A program made the translations under genes and the position numbers. 64,000 bases of DNA from Octopus sinensis (taxonomy: Eukaryota). Below, piece after piece: positions 11,920 through 25,676 of the stretch (position 1 is the first letter of the stretch; every line of letters starts with the position of its first letter). The DNA lies in contig NC_042997.1 in NCBI RefSeq assembly GCF_006345805.1, positions 8,928,001 to 8,992,000 of the forward strand. The letters run 5' to 3'. The notes under the pieces were generated by a model. That model did not search any database and had not been told where the DNA came from. It saw only the letters and a list, made by a program, of their open reading frames with translations.

Positions 11920-12677
11920 CATATATATACATACATACACTCATCTTTTACCTATTTTGGTTGTGATAACATTATTGAAATTCTTAAATTTTATTTTCAT
12001 AAATATAACAATATTGTTTATAAACAATCACCCATAATGCCTCAAAATAAAAGTTCCTCTGAATTAACATCTTAGGTGTCTTAGTGTCTTTCCCCTTTAA
12101 CTGGTGATTAACATTATGATTTAAAGTATACCCCTACTCTGCCTCTTTTTATAGACAGTTACTTATATCCAATTGACTACTCCCTAAGTCTTCTTTTCCT
12201 CCCTGAGGAAAAGGGATACATACGATAATATTTATGACCATACTTTGCCATGAGCTGTCAACTCACACTTGTCCTTTAATCAAAATAGACACAGTCTACT
12301 AGTCTTAACTTTAGTAGTTGATGAAGAGATAAATGAATTAGAAATAAATTACAATCCATTACAACACTGATCCCACTAGGCTTTATATGATTCTTGGAAG
12401 TGTAGTCTATTCTTAACTACAATAGTGACAACATGAATTTCTTCCATCTTCTTGCCCTGTTGAAATATTTGAAAAAAATTTATATTTGTTTGTCCTACTT
12501 GTTAAAATTCTAATTATTCATTTATTTGTGCAGCTGAAAATGGCATTGCATTTAAATTGATGTAATCATTGCATTGTTCAATTAAATGGAGCCACTTGAA
12601 ACAGTCATACTGCATCAGTACTTGATATCCTGTTGTTTATTTTGATTATATGTGTGTGTGTGTGTGTGTGTGTCTTT

Positions 12678-12870
12678 ATCATCATCATCATCATCATCAT
12701 CATTTAGCGTCCGTTTTCCATGCTAGCATGGGTTGGACGGTTCAACTGGGGTCTGTGAAGCCAGAATGCTGCATCAGGCCCAGTCTGATCTGGCAGTGTT
12801 TCTACGGCTGGATGCCCTTCCTAACGCCAACCACTCCGCGAGTGCAGTGGGTGCTTTTTACATGCCACCC
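12678..12870 (-). mobile_element. 5'-truncated RTE 3' tail
   Basis: (CAT)n-ttagcgtccgttttccatgctagcatgggttggacgg...ggatgcccttcctaacgccaacc. Confidence 0.85.
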
Positions 12871-13289
12871 GCATGTCCATGTATATCCCCCACCATCATC
12901 TGATAGCTGGTGTTAATGTATTAATATTGCTGTAGCTTTGCAGTTCAGCAAATGAATTCAACAGAATAAGTACATAAGTAGCAGGCTTAAAAAAATAAAA
13001 GAATTCGGGTCAATTCATTCCACTAAATATTTTGCAAGGTGGTGCTCCAGCATTGCTGCTGTGTAATGACTGAAAGAAATAAACGTCAAAAGATCAAAGA
13101 TTACAGATAAAGAAGTTATCTTCATAACCATGTAGTTCCAATGTCGATTCCTTGCAAGGAGAATATTACAGAAAGAAAATCTTTGGACTATTAGTATACT
13201 GTTATCTTTTTTATCTTTTACTTTTTCAGTCACTGGACTGCTGCCATGCTGGAGTACTACCTTCAAGGGTTTAGTCAAACAAATTGCAC

Positions 13290-13655
13290 CCCTTGCTCTT
13301 AACCACTATGCATATGCCCACTGGAATATGGTGTAGTGGTTAAGAGCATGGGCTACTAACCCCCAAGATTCCGAATTCAATTCCAAGCAGTGACCTGAAT
13401 AATAACAACAATAATAATAATAATAATACTAACAATAATTATAATAATAATAATAATAATAATAACAACAACAAACATCGAAAAATAAAAATACCTTAGA
13501 CATGAGAACCCAGGTTCAAAATTTTCCCAAGACACTCGATGAAGGCTGGAGGGCATATCAACCCAAATGTTATGTTAACAACAAACAAGATGAGGACAAA
13601 TATCCGTCAATAGTAAATAATGTACATAATTCCTCATCTCTTAAATATAGAACTG
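13290..13655 (+). mobile_element. Family D hammerhead-SINE copy 2 (ribozyme core mutated), with inverted head duplication
   Basis: Head at 13322, (AAT)n, gacactcgatgaaggctggagggcatatcaacccaaatg (dead core), extended tail cataattcctcatctcttaaatatagaactg. gctcttaaccacta (13295-13308) is inverted relative to tagtggttaagagc (13334-13347). Confidence 0.8.
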
Positions 13656-13792
13656 TATTATATATATCTACCTATATATATATATATAATATATATATAT
13701 ATAAAATATTATTGAGACAAAACCACTATTTTGCAAAACAAACAAGGAAAGACTTAATCAATACATAAAATTTAATAATAGTCAAAAAAACG

Positions 13793-13835
13793 CCACTACA
13801 ATCGTTTCTTGTCTTGATCGACAATCTTCAGGTGG
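13793..13835 (-). ncRNA. Minimal type I hammerhead ribozyme motif
   Basis: CCAC-CUGAAGA-UUGUC(gatcaa)GACAA-GAAAC-GAUU-GUA-GUGG: stem I CCAC/GUGG, perfect 5-bp stem II, near-palindromic stem III ACGAUUGU, NUH = GUA. Confidence 0.75.
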
Positions 13836-15502
13836 ACTTCCAATCTAAAAAATCAAAATTTTAAAATATAAAAATAATACTTTTAAATAATTAAAGTATA
13901 AATGAAAAAAATATAAGTATAATCCATATTAACCTATATAATCCATATCGAAATATAGACTAATTACCACGAATCCCTAAAAAAACCATGATAAAACAAA
14001 ACTCTTAAAAATATAACGATAAAATCTCCCTTTGCTAAACTCTATAACAAACCTATAAAGTAAACCCCCTAACCTAAACATTCACACACAAATACACACA
14101 CGTAAACCACAGACTCACGACTTATACACATACCTATACTAACTTATAAACCTCAATATACACCAAAACCCACTCCCTCCCCACACAGACAAATTAACAC
14201 ATACATCCCAAAACCTAAATAACAAACCATATACACATTCACACACAAACACACACTCACACGCAAAACACTCACACACAAAAGATACATATACTCCCTC
14301 ACATATACGCTATACATACTCACTAAACTCGACATATACAACAATACTTACACACCCACAAAAAACATTATATACATATATGAGCTTTAACTCACCTTAG
14401 CATCTCTAACAACAACTTGCAGTAACCCAATCCCTTTCTATGCCTACCTCACTACTACACTATTCCATTCACATTCCAAGCAACGCTAGTCCACCACCCG
14501 TTATTCACGTGGCAAAAGCGAACACACTCAAAAATATGAATGAAACATGTAAAAAAAACCAACACCTAAAATAAATAGAAAATACCACGAATTACCTAAA
14601 AAAACCATGATAAACCAAAACTCATAAAAGCATATAACGATAAAATCTCCCTTGCTAAACCCTATAACAAACTTATATAGCAATCCCCTAACCTAAACAT
14701 TCACACACAAAAAACCCACCCGTAAATCACAGACCCAAGACTTATACACAAACCTATACTAACTTATAAACCTCAATATACACCAAAAACCACTCCCTCC
14801 CCACACAGACAAATTAACACATACATCCCAAATCCTAAATAAAAAACCAAATACCATTCACACACAAACACAACACACACGCAAAACACACACACACAAC
14901 AGATACATATGCTCCCTCACATATACGCATATACATACTCACTAAACTCGATATATACAACATATTTACACCCACACTCATACAGATAAATAAATTAATT
15001 ATACAATTAAAAACTCACAACCAATCTCATATACATATAAACACTCTTATGAAACAACAATAAATACATCGTAATTAACCAGAATATCAAAATATAACAT
15101 TATGAATAAGGATAAATCAAATACATACTTACAATTCAGTTACAAATTATGAAGTGAAATTAGATTCTTAGCCGTTTGGTGTATATTGAGGTTTATAAGT
15201 TAGTATAGGATGTGTATAAGTCGTGAGTCTGTGGTTTACGTGTGTGTATTTGTGTGAATGTTTAGGTAGGGGGTTTACTTTATAGGTTTGTTATAGAGTT
15301 TAGCAAAGGGAGATTTTATATATGTTTTTAAGAGTTGTTTTTATCATGGTTTTTTATGGGAATTCGTGGTAATTAGTCTATATTTTCGATATGGATATAT
15401 ATAGGTTATATATGGATTATATACTTATATTTTTCATTTATACTTTAATTATTTAAAGTATTATTTTTATATTTTAAAATTTTGATTTTTTAGATTGGAA
15501 GT

Positions 15503-15544
15503 CCACCTGAAGATTGTCGATCAAGACAGAAACGATTGTAGTGG
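15503..15544 (+). ncRNA. Inverted copy of the same hammerhead motif (1-nt loss in stem II)
   Basis: ccac-ctgaaga-ttgtc gatcaa gaca-gaaac-gatt-gta-gtgg. Confidence 0.6.
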
Positions 15545-15799
15545 CGGTTTTTTTGACTATTTATAAATTTTATGTATTGATTAAGTCTTTCCTTGTGTTT
15601 TTGCAAAATAGTGGTTTTGTCTCAAATAATATTTTTAATATTTTACTATAAATTGGATTTAATCCTAAATCTGATTTTTTTTCCTGTAAATTGGATATAT
15701 CCCTAATATTTATTATTATTTATATATATATATATATATTATATATATGTATATATATATATTCCAGAAATAATTAACTAAAAGACTTTTCCAGGTGGT

Positions 15800-16092
15800 A
15801 CTATTGAGTTGGTCATGACCTGGGCTGATAATGGCCGAAACCTTTTGCATTATGTCATGTTGGAGAAGAAGACCCGTCAAGCCAAGTAAAATCACAGTCA
15901 TAGTAGGTACCAGATACTGGTGTCATGCAAAGCTCCCACTACACTCTTGGAGTGGTTGGCGGTTGGCATTAGGAAGGGCAACTATCCATAGAAACCATGC
16001 CAAATCAGACTGCAGTCTGCTGCAGTCAGCCAGGTCACCAACCCTGATCAAACCATTCATCCTATGCCAGCATGGACAATGGACGCTAAATG
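15800..16092 (+). mobile_element. 5'-truncated RTE 3' UTR/tail
   Basis: gaagacccgtcaagccaagtaaaatc...gagtggttggcggttggcattaggaagggca...ggacgctaaatga. Confidence 0.7.
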
Positions 16093-16094
16093 AG

Positions 16095-16162
<68 letters not shown>

Positions 16163-16180
16163 ATATATATATGTATATAC

Positions 16181-16234
<54 letters not shown>

Positions 16235-16294
16235 TATATATACATATATATACATACATGTATATATACATGCATATATGAATATATATATAAC

Positions 16295-16440
16295 AGGCTT
16301 CCACACAGTTTCTGTCTACCAAATAAACTCACAAGGCATTGGCTTACTTAGGGCTATAGTAGAAGACACTAAAGGTACCAAACAGAGGGACTGAACCCCA
16401 AATCACATGATCACAAAGTATGCTTCTTAACCACACACAC
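16295..16440 (-). mobile_element. Family A CORE-SINE, 5' half, degraded
   Basis: gtctaccaaataaactcacaagg...gctatagtagaagacac...gggactgaaccc...cttaaccacac. Confidence 0.65.
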
Positions 16441-17292
16441 ACACACACGCATGTGTGCTCATGTGCACACATACACATATGCATACACACATTTGTTTGT
16501 CTGTATCCTCTTGATTTCTATATTCTCTTGTCTTGATGGTTATTATCCCATTCTAACTCCAGATGCCCTGTGTTCCACCCCCCTCTCTCTGCTTCACCTA
16601 CCTTGTCTCATTCCTTTTTTTTTCTCTCTTTTTCAATATTTTTGTTAGCCATCTATTCACATTCACATTTTTGACTTCCAGGGAACAACATGAATCTAGT
16701 GATACTTAATATTTTTGTTAATGGAAGCAAAGTGAAAACTTTCTATTTGCTGTTTTTAACATTCTTTTTCAATGGTTAATGAATCTAATCCATTATCTAT
16801 GAGGAAAATATTGTCCCCTTATCTCTTGCAATGCATATCAAAATAGAAACCAGGGCTTTTTTCTATGTATGCTCCCTCTGGCTCTACCCCATTACATTAT
16901 GCAATATTAGCCACACCCCACCCTCTTTTACAACTTATACAATGAAGTTAGCCTCGCCGCTCTGAAGCTGCATAGATATATTCTCTCTCAACCAAACAGA
17001 CAAGAAAACATGCATGGAGCACCTACGCTAAAGCATATACACACAGACATGACGGAAGTAAATAGACGCCCCATAATATATCTCGTTTTGGGATTTGGTT
17101 TGCAAGATTCTTTATATGAGTTCGTGTGTTGAAGCATATTCTATTGTGTCTGGGGAGAGTCATTTTCTTTTTGTGCCTTATGATGTAACACACTCACCAT
17201 AAAATATCGCTTTGTGTTTTAACTTGTAATGGTTTATATTTTGTACTAATTGATAATTTTATGTTTCAGGTTCTATATGTAGCTGTTTAATC

Positions 17293-18180
17293 ATGCCATG
17301 TACAAAAGAAGCCTTAGAACTGTCTGAATTTCAAAGAGACCGTATTGTGGGTCGTTCTGAAAATGCATAGCTTAAAATTGCAGAAAACCTTGGAATCTCA
17401 CTTTCTACAATTAATAAAGTGATTGTGCAATTCACCAGAGAGGGGAAGGAATCCACATCCCCTTGCCCAGGTTTACTAGGGCTCTCTGGCAGGACTCATC
17501 TCTTTGTTAAGAGAAGTGTGGAGGATAATCCTCGTTGCAAGGCCTCTGACATAACAGAACACGTTGATGTCAGTCTCAGAACAGCTGTCAGATATCTCCA
17601 CAAACTTGGTCGCTATGGCAGAGCAGCAAAAAGGAAGACACTTCTCTGACCAGCCAATATCAAGGAGAGAAAAGACTGGGCCAGTGAGATGGTCGAGAGG
17701 TCACTAGCATTTTGGGACACTGTCATATTCTCCAGTGAGTCTAGATTTGCTGTATTTTCTGACACTGGTCAAGTGTAAATCTGGAGACTCTGTGATCAAG
17801 AATTTGACGGGAAAAGATTGCAGCCAACAATGAAACATGACAGCTATTCTGCAATGGTGTAGGGAGCAATTTAGATTAATGGTCAATCAGAGCTGGTGGA
17901 GTGTGAGGGAAACATAAACTCAGGTAAGTATATGTCCATATTACTGAAAGGACTCTTTCCAATCATCTCCAGTGGTGAAATGTTTAAAGAAGACTCTTTA
18001 TTTATGGATGATGGGCTCCTTGTCACACAGCTAAAATGATCCAAGATTTGTTGAATGAGAATAACATTAGAAAGCTTCTATGACCAAGCCAATCACTAGA
18101 TATGAACCCTATTGAACACCTTTGGGGCATAATGGACTGGACACTTCATAAAAAGAACAAGAAAGCCTCTTTCTGTAAAT
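17293..18180 (+). pseudogene. Tc1-like transposase remnant
   Basis: MPCTKEALELSEFQRDRIVG, VIFSSESRF, FMDDG/CHTAK, (W)PSQSLDMNPIEHLWGIM; frameshifts and stops. Confidence 0.85.
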
Positions 18181-18767
18181 AAACGATTAGTGTTAAATCC
18201 AGCCCGTTCTTTTCTTTTCTATAATGTGTACAAACTCTCATTATATATTAATAAGGAAAAACGAATTAGTTTAAGATTAATTTTGCATGCACCCCTATGG
18301 ATATATACTCTAGCCTTTGTCAGCACGAGAAAATGCAGTCAAACCAGTATGACGAAACTAAATAACATTTTCAGAATAAACATGACTTCAGAAATTTACT
18401 TCCACAGATATTTTCATCTTGCTATCGAACACACTTTCTTATCCTATTTAAACTGCAATATAACCATGCTAGTGAAATGCCATTTTTCTTCAACATGCAT
18501 TCTGAGTAATATGCTAAGAGTGCATATTACTTAGATGCATTCTACATACACCTCTAAGCTCCTTCTCACAAGTAGGTCATTAAGACACAGTGCTGTTTAC
18601 CTATATGTATATACATTATATGTATATTTAATTTGACTCAAATCTATATGAATGATCATAACCCATAACCTGTCAAAACACAGCCAATAACTGATGACAT
18701 ATAGATCTACAACAGTAACCAGTTATAGTTGGTGACAACCAGACATTGAGAGCGGTTATAATATGAG

Positions 18768-18805
<38 letters not shown>

Positions 18806-18807
18806 TG

Positions 18808-19090
18808 GCATGATCAATAAGTATCCAGATTGTTGCTATAGTAATGAAGCTAAAGCATGCAAGGTGAAGTCACTTGGTACAGATTAACCTTGAACTCTGC
18901 TGTGCATGCACACTAAGTTTTAATGTTCTAGCTCACTTCACTTGTTTACAGCTTTGCTTGGAAGGAAGGTGTGAAGTGTGTGATTCTCACATTGACCATG
19001 GCAGAGAAAGTTGAGCAGAGAATCTGCATCAAATTTTTGCTAAAAGCTTGGCAATACCTGCTCAGAGGCTTACGCATAGTTTTCAAAAAG
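18808..19090 (+). mobile_element. mariner 5' end (TIR region + MAEKVEQRICIKF)
   Basis: atggcagagaaagttgagcagagaatctgcatcaaattt; upstream region shared in inverted form with 19560-19645. Confidence 0.75.
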
Positions 19091-19645
19091 TTTTCATTGT
19101 TCTCGTCACAATCAAGGAGATCTTGTGCAACTGAAACCTGAGTGACATTTTGGTCAGCCAAAAAGCAGTTTTGACACAAACTTAGCAGATGCGCATCTCA
19201 TACTCAAATCTTCAGAGATAATGGACTGAACTAAACGATAACTAATCTGTACATCCTCTGATAACTCATGGATGGTGATTCAATGATTTTTCCCTCACAG
19301 CTGCACACACATCTGCAATGTTTTTCTCAGTTCTGCTGGTTGCAGGTCTCCATGAACATTCATCAATATTGACATTTTTCAGCCATCTTGGAAATGTCTG
19401 AAAGATGTGTACATTGTGAGCAGCTCATACACTCCTCCCCATACACTTTCTGCAACTTTTCATAGGCCTCTGAACAGGTATTGCCATGACAACTTTCTCT
19501 GCCAGGGAAAGTCATTGTCAATGCAACGATCACATGCTACACACCTTCCTTCCAAGCACTGCTGTAAACAGCGGAAGTGAGCTACAACATTAAAACTTAG
19601 TGTGCCTGCACAGCAGAGTTTAAGGTCAATCCTTAAGTCATTCTG
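19090..19645 (-). pseudogene. mariner transposase N-terminal half, inverted relative to 18808-19090
   Basis: Minus strand GNTCSEAYEKLQKVYG...SAKFVSKLL..DQNVTQVSVAQDLLDCDENNENFLKT. Confidence 0.8.
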
Positions 19646-19989
19646 AAGGTCGAACATATCTGAGATTATTAAAGTTAGTCATTTATTATTATGCTAATGA
19701 TATTAACAAAATGACACATTAAACTACCAATATGTCAGTACTAAATACTTTGTATTTTTTTTCCTTTTCATTTTATCTGCAGTTATATATATGTGACAAG
19801 AAATGTTTTAGCAATTTATACTTCTTTTGAGATTACTAAATAATAAATGAAGTTAACAGTTATTGCAAATTATTGAATGGCTAAATTGTGCCTAGCATGC
19901 TGTAACTGCTTTAGTTTCAACATACAATTTCAAATCAAATCATTTACCAGACAAGCACATCTCCAAAATATGTTTCTTTTCTTATTTAC

Positions 19990-20026
19990 CAAAGAATTTC
20001 ATAATACTCATGTTTTCATACTGGCT
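19990..20026 (-). CDS. Candidate exon of host gene (SQYENMSIMKFF), phase 0 to 1
   Basis: Acceptor cccttatctcattgcag, donor gtaaat; 37 nt; only one frame open; links 24075-24099 to 10540-10586 in frame. Confidence 0.55.
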
Positions 20027-21271
20027 CTGCAATGAGATAAGGGAACCAGCATTATTATTAGCTATTTTGGGGAAGAGTTGCAATTGTTATAAATATTGCA
20101 GTTCTTCCAGGATTGATAGATTCGCTGTTCAATTTTTAACTTCTGCAGCTTGATAATTACAAGAGAAAACACAAGCAAGAATTTCAAAATAGGCAGTTCT
20201 TAAAAAATAAAAATCAAGAAGAAGTGCTTAATATGAAGTTTGGGAACAATAAACGACAGTAGGAGATGAGGATTCATTGGGTGGTACACAGTAGGTAAAT
20301 TTGGATGAGGAAAAGTTGTTAAAATAAAAGAGAAAGATATAAAACACTCTGCCAGGGGTTGTAATAAATTGGTGAGGGAATGCTAAAGTTAGATTAAGAA
20401 TTAATGGCAATGTTCCTACTTTATGATTTGCAGCTGTGAAGTTTGTTGAATAGAACAGATTTTTATTTCTTTTTAAGGACATGAATTCAGCAGGGTGTCC
20501 AACATTCTTATGCATCTCACAGTGGAAAATACTATGATTTTAGGGAAAGCACATCATTTTTCTTGCTTCAGTCTATTTAAATGAAAATAAGATTTTTAAA
20601 AATTCTCTTTCTATTTGTTTAGATTATATTAGTAAAGAACAACAAGTATAAAAATCCTTCTTTCCACAAATCAGGCAAATTTGCAAATCTCCTGATGCAT
20701 AATGAGCATGTAAATTGATTTTAAATTGGTTGAAAATATAAAGAGAAAATGAGATGTTAGCATCAATATCTGCCAGTTGATGATTGTAGAAAAAGAAAAC
20801 ATAGGTAAGGAGGAGTACTGATATTACGCAGTATTAGGAAAGAAAACATGAGCTCTATGCATTTGATTATAGATATATTTGATGGGTTGCAAGTCACATT
20901 CATCTGTGAATATTTCCACTGAAAATCTAATTGTAGACTCTTTGTTATAATTATAAATTAATCAGTGTAAGAGATGGCTGCACCCATAGATTTTGTAACT
21001 CTTTCCCGCAAAACAGGTGTTTTGCAGGAAAGTGACTAAACTGACTAAAGTGATGGATTCACTTTCAATTTCAATCAGTCTATATTTGCAAAGAAGATCT
21101 AGAAATGTAGGGTACCAGAGAGTTGCACTTTTAGATAGAAAGAATCAAACAAAATGCTTCATACTAGTTCTGTTGGAAAGGATACAATATACATTATGAG
21201 AACATGAGATGAGTTTTGGGAATGATGAAAGATTATAGTGCTAAATGGAAAAAAGTTGTAATAATGTTTAT

Positions 21272-21419
21272 AGGTACAGGAGTAGCTTGCTTATGGACTA
21301 CATGGTTCTGGGTTCAGTCCCATTGCGTGGCACCTTGGGCAAGTGTTTTCTACTATAGCCATGGGCCGACCAAAGCCTTGTGAGTAGATTTTGTAGGTGG
21401 AAACTGAAAGAAGCCCGTC

Positions 21420-21454
<35 letters not shown>

Positions 21455-21610
21455 TGTATGTGTGTGTTTGTCCCCCCAACTTTGCTTGACAACCGATGCT
21501 GGTGTGTTTATACAAAGAATAAGTCCTGGGGTCGATTTGTTCAACTAAAGGTGGTGCTCCAGCATGGCTGCAATCAAATAGTTGAAACAAGTAAAAGAGT
21601 AAAAGAGTAA
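21272..21610 (+). mobile_element. Family A CORE-SINE with internal deletions
   Basis: ggagtagcttgc...ggcaccttgggcaagtg...(TATG)n...gtaaaagagtaaaagag. Confidence 0.8.
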
Positions 21611-21899
21611 TGTGAGAAAGACCAAAAGGAGGAAATGGTCAGTGCTTGTTGTAGACAGGTGATGGTGTTGTGGTCAATCAGCTGGAAAGTTCTTTACTTG
21701 TTGTTTAGAATGCTTGTCAGTGTAACAGCATCCTTGCCCTGTATATGTAGGTATTACACTAATTAAGCCAAAGGTGGGTTTTGTCGGAGTAAGAAACTGG
21801 TCAAACTGTTATATGTAGCAATTGTATCATTGTGTTATTCAAAGGGTCTAGGTTTCTGTTATCTTATTAATAGATGCCTTCAATCCTTTGTACAACAAT

Positions 21900-22140
21900 T
21901 GTGGAGGCACATGGCTTGGTGGTTAAGGTGTAGAACTCATGATCGTAAGATTGTGATTTCGATTCCCAGCCCAGGCAATACATTGTGTTCTTGAGCAAAA
22001 CACTTCATTTCATGTTGCTCCAGTTCCTTCAGTTGATAAAAATGAGTAACCTTGTGATGGACTGGCATCTTGTCCTGGTAGAGAATTTATACACCATGAA
22101 ACTGAGAAACTGGCCCTTATGAGTCAGCATGATGTGAGAA
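21900..22140 (+). mobile_element. tRNA-derived CORE-SINE (family B)
   Basis: gtggaggcacatggcttggtggttaagg...gtgttcttgagcaaaacacttcatt...tgtgatggactggcatc...ggcccttatgag. Confidence 0.75.
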
Positions 22141-22302
22141 GGTAATTTTATTTTACATATAATTTTTATTTTACATATAATTTTTATTTTACAGGTAATT
22201 TTATTTTACAGATAATTTTTATTTTACAGGTAATTTTATTTTACATATAATTTTTATTTTACATATAATTTTTATTTTACAGGTAATTTTATTTTACATA
22301 TA
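22140..22302. repeat. AT-rich ~18-20-bp minisatellite
   Basis: Alternating ggtaattttattttaca / tataatttttattttaca units. Confidence 0.9.
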
Positions 22303-24074
22303 AACAATGCACACTGTGTACGAAGTGTCTACATGTGTGTAGACGATATAAATGAGAGGTAGGTTAGTAGAAAGGGAGTAGAAGTATTATAGAGGTGAGT
22401 AGTTAGTAGTAACAACCTAACATACAGGTTTATTAATTTAGGAAAGAATGTTATATATGATTGTAGTTCTCAGAACACTAACATTGAAGAAACCACTTCA
22501 GCCCATAACTATTTAGATCTGATCTAACCAGAAATGTCCAATCTATGAGATGGGATACAGATTGGTCTCAATAAGTTGACAATTTAGCTTAGAAATTTTC
22601 ATGCTGCCAAGCACATTGTACCAGTGTCAAGGAGTGATAAGATTTATTTTGGTAAATATCTCAAGGTGTGACATTAATGTGTTGAATATAAACGCGAGTC
22701 TTTGCTTAGATATGTAATGTTAGTCTCTCTGAAGTAAGCGAGATTGAAGTTATTTTTTAATACATTACTCTGTATGTTTTTTATATGTGTAATCCTTGCT
22801 GCATTTACAATGAGGTACACATGTTAATGACATATTATTTTGTGAAACTTGTGTTTGATTTAACTCTTAAAAGAAAATAGTAAAACAATAAGCCATCGGT
22901 TATTTAAGGGAATACAACATCCAAATAAAAAATACAGAGATTAAAAGAAGCAAAAAGAAAAAAATAGCAAATCGTATTTAATTTAATGGAAAGCACCATA
23001 GTGTGACCTGCAACCCAACAATTTAATCAAGTTTTTAACAATTTACTTATTCATGCATAAAACTGACAACAAAATAAAATAATATTTTTTTTCCTTCACC
23101 TGAATGGAGCATGATTTTTAGGAGGAAATAATCATAAAATGTCCTTAAGGTCTCTCTTAGCCAGCTGAATAATTACACATTTTTAGATATTCGCTTGATC
23201 TATGTGTAAACCATATGAACTGAACCACTTTTATTGATAAAACGTGGCAAACAATCCTCTGGGGTTTCCAACTTATTTAGAAAGGCCATCAATCATATTA
23301 ACAACAAGAGGCCAACAGAGATTTTGCAACTGAATGGTTCATTTAATCTGAAGATAATCTGCAGCATTCTGATTCAAAGTGAGCCATTCAACACTGAATT
23401 TCACATCAGCACACAACTTTCAAAATATATTAGTCAGAAGATTAACTTTGGTCAAAAAGGTGTGGCAGTCTTTTATTCACCTTTTTTTTATTTTATCATC
23501 TTTTGAAAAACTCATATCATGTGATTTCTTATTATTCTTTGGTTTCTTTTTGTTTTTTTTTTCCTCCTTTTGTTTTTACTTTTCTTTCCTTTAAAACTAG
23601 ATTGAAGAGTTGTCATATTGTTATGATCACACGGAACATTGTGGGTTTCAGTTTATATGATATACACAGTAAAGTAACTCTAATTGTATTCTTTTTTTAT
23701 ATATATAAGAAGTTGTAAATGCCAGAGTTGAAAGTGTGTTGCAGTACTTTTCAATTGAAAAAAAATAAATGGTTCATATCATTAGCAGTTATCTCAGTGG
23801 ACCAAATTAGTTTGTCATAAACAAACGCCAGTTCACAGAGAAAGCAAACCAGCCCGTAATGCTAAATCAAATTCTTTATCAAATTAATTAGGAAGTTGTA
23901 CTGGAAGTTAGATATCAGGGTTAGGTTATACAATAGTTTCTGATTTATAACAATAGTAGTCATATGATTATACTTTACATGAAAAGTTGTGTGAACACAC
24001 TGTCCCAACAGATTTCAACAATCTGTACATCTCTTACACCAAGTGGAAGAAGTTTTAGATATGTGTGCTCTTAC

Positions 24075-24099
24075 AGATAGATGGTCCATGAACTTTTGA
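24075..24099 (-). CDS. Candidate 25-nt exon of host gene (QKFMDHLS), phase 2 to 0
   Basis: Acceptor atttctcagttcctgcttttccag, donor gtaaga; in frame with 27254-27320 and 19990-20026. Confidence 0.5.
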
Positions 24100-24850
24100 C
24101 TGGAAAAGCAGGAACTGAGAAATAGCATACGATTTTGTTGAAATTATCATGACTGTTATTATTGAAATTTGGAAATATGAAAGTAAATTAGAGCTTATAA
24201 TTAGATCTGCTTTGAGAGATAGGAACTTCTTTATGCAGCTTTTGGCATCATTATACATAGATGTCAGTATTATTATTTTATATCTGCTTTCTATGCTGGT
24301 TTGGATTAGACAAATCATCACCAAGTCAGTTTTTATCCAAAATTACAAACCTCCTACATCTTGCTTGTATGTTGCATTTTTTGGCTTAGTTTCTTCCACT
24401 TGATTCCCTACATAACCTCTGTGTAACACACCCAGTTCAGTCTATGGCGCCTCAAAAAGTTCTATCATAAAAAGATATAAAAATGATGATGATGATACTG
24501 ATATTTTGAGCTTTTTATATTCATCTATCTGCCATAATTTTTATGTCTGTTTCACCATGCTTCCCTGGCTTGGACAGACTTTACTGAGGTAAATTTTCTA
24601 CTGCTGAATGCCATTCCTGTTGCCGACCCTCAGCTTTTTCCTAGCTAGGTAGGTAATATTTCCCCATAGCAAAATATGTTTTTCTAGAATATTGGAACTG
24701 AATGACATTGTTCGTATAACAGTGATGCTTATTTACATCTACTGCATGATATCAAGATGAGGAGACACTCTAGATGTATATTTCCGTAAAAGTTATCGAG
24801 TGTCATATATGGGCAGGATTAAAAAGTGGTTTACCCTTAATTTATACAAC

Positions 24851-25676
24851 AAAAAGAAAATGGAAGGGATACAAAGATGACATACATCGGCCGGTAGACA
24901 TTCTATTATGTCTATTTATTCCAAAACAAAAGGGAGTATTGTAAGAATATATACACGTGCAAAGACTGTATTACTACACAAATATATACTAGTAATACAT
25001 AAAAGAGTAAAAGATTAAAAGACCAGTTCCTTACGGCATTTTCTGCCAAGAGACCATGATATCTTCCATGCTAGCTCCATCTCTTCAGTGTTCTGTAGGG
25101 ATGGGTAGATAAAGTTTGGTTGTTGAGTGTGCCTCTAGGCTTCATCAGAGGGTCTAAATCTTTAGGAGAGCCAGTTACTAATAGATACAGTATATTTTTT
25201 CTTATTGAAGAGGGCATAAGAAGAATAGAGTGTGAGAGGAGTAAATTTTACTAAATTTTACTCCTCTCACACTCTAAGTCTAGATCCTATTCTTCTTATG
25301 CCCTCTTCAATAAGAAAAATATACTGTACATATTAGTAGCTGGCTCTTGTATGTATCGGCTCTCCTAAACATTCAGACCCTCTGATGAAGCCTAGAGGCA
25401 CACTCAGCATCCAAACTCTGTCTACCAATCCCTACAGAACACTGAAGAGATGGAGCTAGCATGGAGGAAATCGTGGCCTCTTGGCAGAAATGGACGTAAG
25501 GAACTGATCTTTTAATCGTCTACTCATTTATGTATTACTAGTATATATTTGTGTAGCACACACTGTTTGCATGTGTATATATTCTTATAATACTCCCTTT
25601 TGTTTTGGAATAAATAGACATAATACAATGTCTACCAGCTGATGCATGTCAATCTTTATTCCCTCCATTTTCTTTT

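Larger units (their letters stand above)
13695..15635. mobile_element. Penelope-like pseudo-LTR/3'-end cluster with tandem and inverted partial copies
   Basis: 13695-14170 is inverted at 15175-15635; 13964-14370 is directly repeated at 14582-14980; each outward end has a hammerhead motif; (TA)n on both flanks. Confidence 0.7.

Noticed and set aside
13850-15100. A/C-skewed block resembling a mitochondrial control region (NUMT)
   Set aside because: No mitochondrial gene or tRNA nearby; the block ends in hammerhead motifs with PLE-type tandem/inverted structure.
23234-24403. 70-90-aa ORFs in non-repetitive AT-rich sequence
   Set aside because: No recognisable motifs, overlapping on both strands; of a length expected by chance.
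25376-25480. CTGATGA-agcctagaggc and CTGAAGA...GAAA motifs in the large palindrome
   Set aside because: The first lacks the GAAA core in both arms and the second has no pairing stem II; not hammerheads.
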